From assembly GCA_964236955.1 (NCBI GenBank), contig CAXSGP010000017.1, positions 1-57,471 on the forward strand: a stretch of DNA of 57,471 bases, given 5' to 3'. Below, piece by piece: positions 56,776 to 57,471 of the stretch; position 1 is the first letter of the stretch; each line of letters opens with the position of its first letter. Source of the DNA: an uncultured Oligoflexus sp. (GTDB lineage: Bacteria > Bdellovibrionota_B > Oligoflexia > Oligoflexales > Oligoflexaceae). Under the pieces are notes generated by a model. The model saw only the letters and a program-made list of their open reading frames with translations. It was not told where the DNA came from and did no database searches. The translations under genes and the position numbers were made by a program.

Positions 56776-57471
56776 TTAAAGGCCGTTGATTTCAATGGCA
56801 GTCTGATAGCCATCGGCTTCACTCGCAGAAACAGGATCATTCGAAGCTGGATTGCCAGTTTGAGCGGGAAGGCCGTTGTTATAACAAAGCTCCCAGATAG
56901 TAAAGATTCCGCTCTTAGTTTCGGGCAATACGATCATGCGTTGGTAGAAGTCAGCTATCTGGCTTGGATTGGAAGCTGAATAGTAGGGAAGCACCATATG
57001 GCTTTCGGCAAATAGGTAAGTAGGCGTATCGTCCGCATCATCTCCCGTATGGAGTGCCATATAGCAGGCAATACGGGAAGACTTGCCCATGAGGAAGTTA
57101 GTGACGAAGGTTATCTGCATTAAAGATGTTTCAGATTTCTTTTCGAATTTTATCTTTCTCACTTTCAACGCCGTTTGAAAGGATAGGTAGGGAGCTGTGG
57201 GAACAGTAAGGGTACTAGTGATGGCCGCTTGAGTGGAATAGGCGCGCATCACCATTCCGCCAGGAATTTGGTCAGCAGAATCTCCTTTGTCACCGGTAGA
57301 GCCTTTTGAGCCGTTCGTTCCAGGCTCGCCTTTATCTCCATTGATCCCGCGCTCACCTCGACTACCAGTATCTCCCTGTAGTCCCGTTGGTCCCGCTGGT
57401 CCCGCTGCACCGGCTGGTCCCGCTGGTCCCTGGCTACCATTTTCTCCTTTAGCTCCATTTACGCCGTCTTC
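56776..57471 (-). CDS. Second collagen-like protein, 3' part (5' end outside the window)
   Basis: The frame of ORF 56776..57255 stays open to the window edge: ED-GVN-GAK-GEN-GSQ-GPA...GDK-GDS (21 Gly-X-Y triplets), then a ~165 aa globular C-terminal domain. Confidence 0.88.
   Translation of the reverse strand, partial: EDGVNGAKGENGSQGPAGPAGAAGPAGPTGLQGDTGSRGERGINGDKGEPGTNGSKGSTGDKGDSADQIPGGMVMRAYSTQAAITSTLTVPTAPYLSFQTALKVRKIKFEKKSETSLMQITFVTNFLMGKSSRIACYMALHTGDDADDTPTYLFAESHMVLPYYSASNPSQIADFYQRMIVLPETKSGIFTIWELCYNNGLPAQTGNPASNDPVSASEADGYQTAIEINGL

Noticed and set aside
57249..57458. 69-aa ORF with RDQ repeats
   Set aside because: Wrong-frame reading of the collagen repeat that is in frame with 56776..57255.
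1..57471. CRISPR array, tRNA/rRNA, IS element, prophage, DGR cassette
   Set aside because: By eye I found no regularly spaced 25-45 nt repeats with unique spacers, no RNA gene signatures, and no transposase, integrase, reverse transcriptase or phage structural genes. The repeats present are coding repeats or short microsatellites.

Overview
About 57 kb of roughly 50% GC bacterial chromosome. Gene content suggests Bdellovibrionota/Oligoflexia (inference): many Cys-rich lipoproteins, internalin-like LRR proteins, collagen-like fibres, and vWA and DUF1566 surface proteins. I see no rRNA, tRNA, CRISPR array, IS or prophage. The main blocks are: (1) a tandem array of four small secreted 4-Cys paralogues (DUF4360-like), two of them with a duplicated non-coding leader; (2) secreted hydrolases (GH16, GH3, S8 protease, GxGYxYP, GH2 with two AbfB modules), with the GH2 gene divergent from a complete ytfQ-ytfR-ytfT-yjfF galactofuranose-type ABC transporter; (3) many surface/adhesion proteins, several preceded by sigma28-like promoters; (4) two histidine kinases with no partner regulator in the window; (5) an uncharacterised envelope module at 51-56.5 kb. 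This module has a helical periplasmic protein, a 4-Cys mini-protein, an internally deleted RND permease, two paralogous outer-membrane barrels and a DUF347/COG4705 membrane protein, and its two outer genes share a GTTCATA-N4-ATTCAT direct-repeat box. All family calls are from motif recognition by eye, not from searches.
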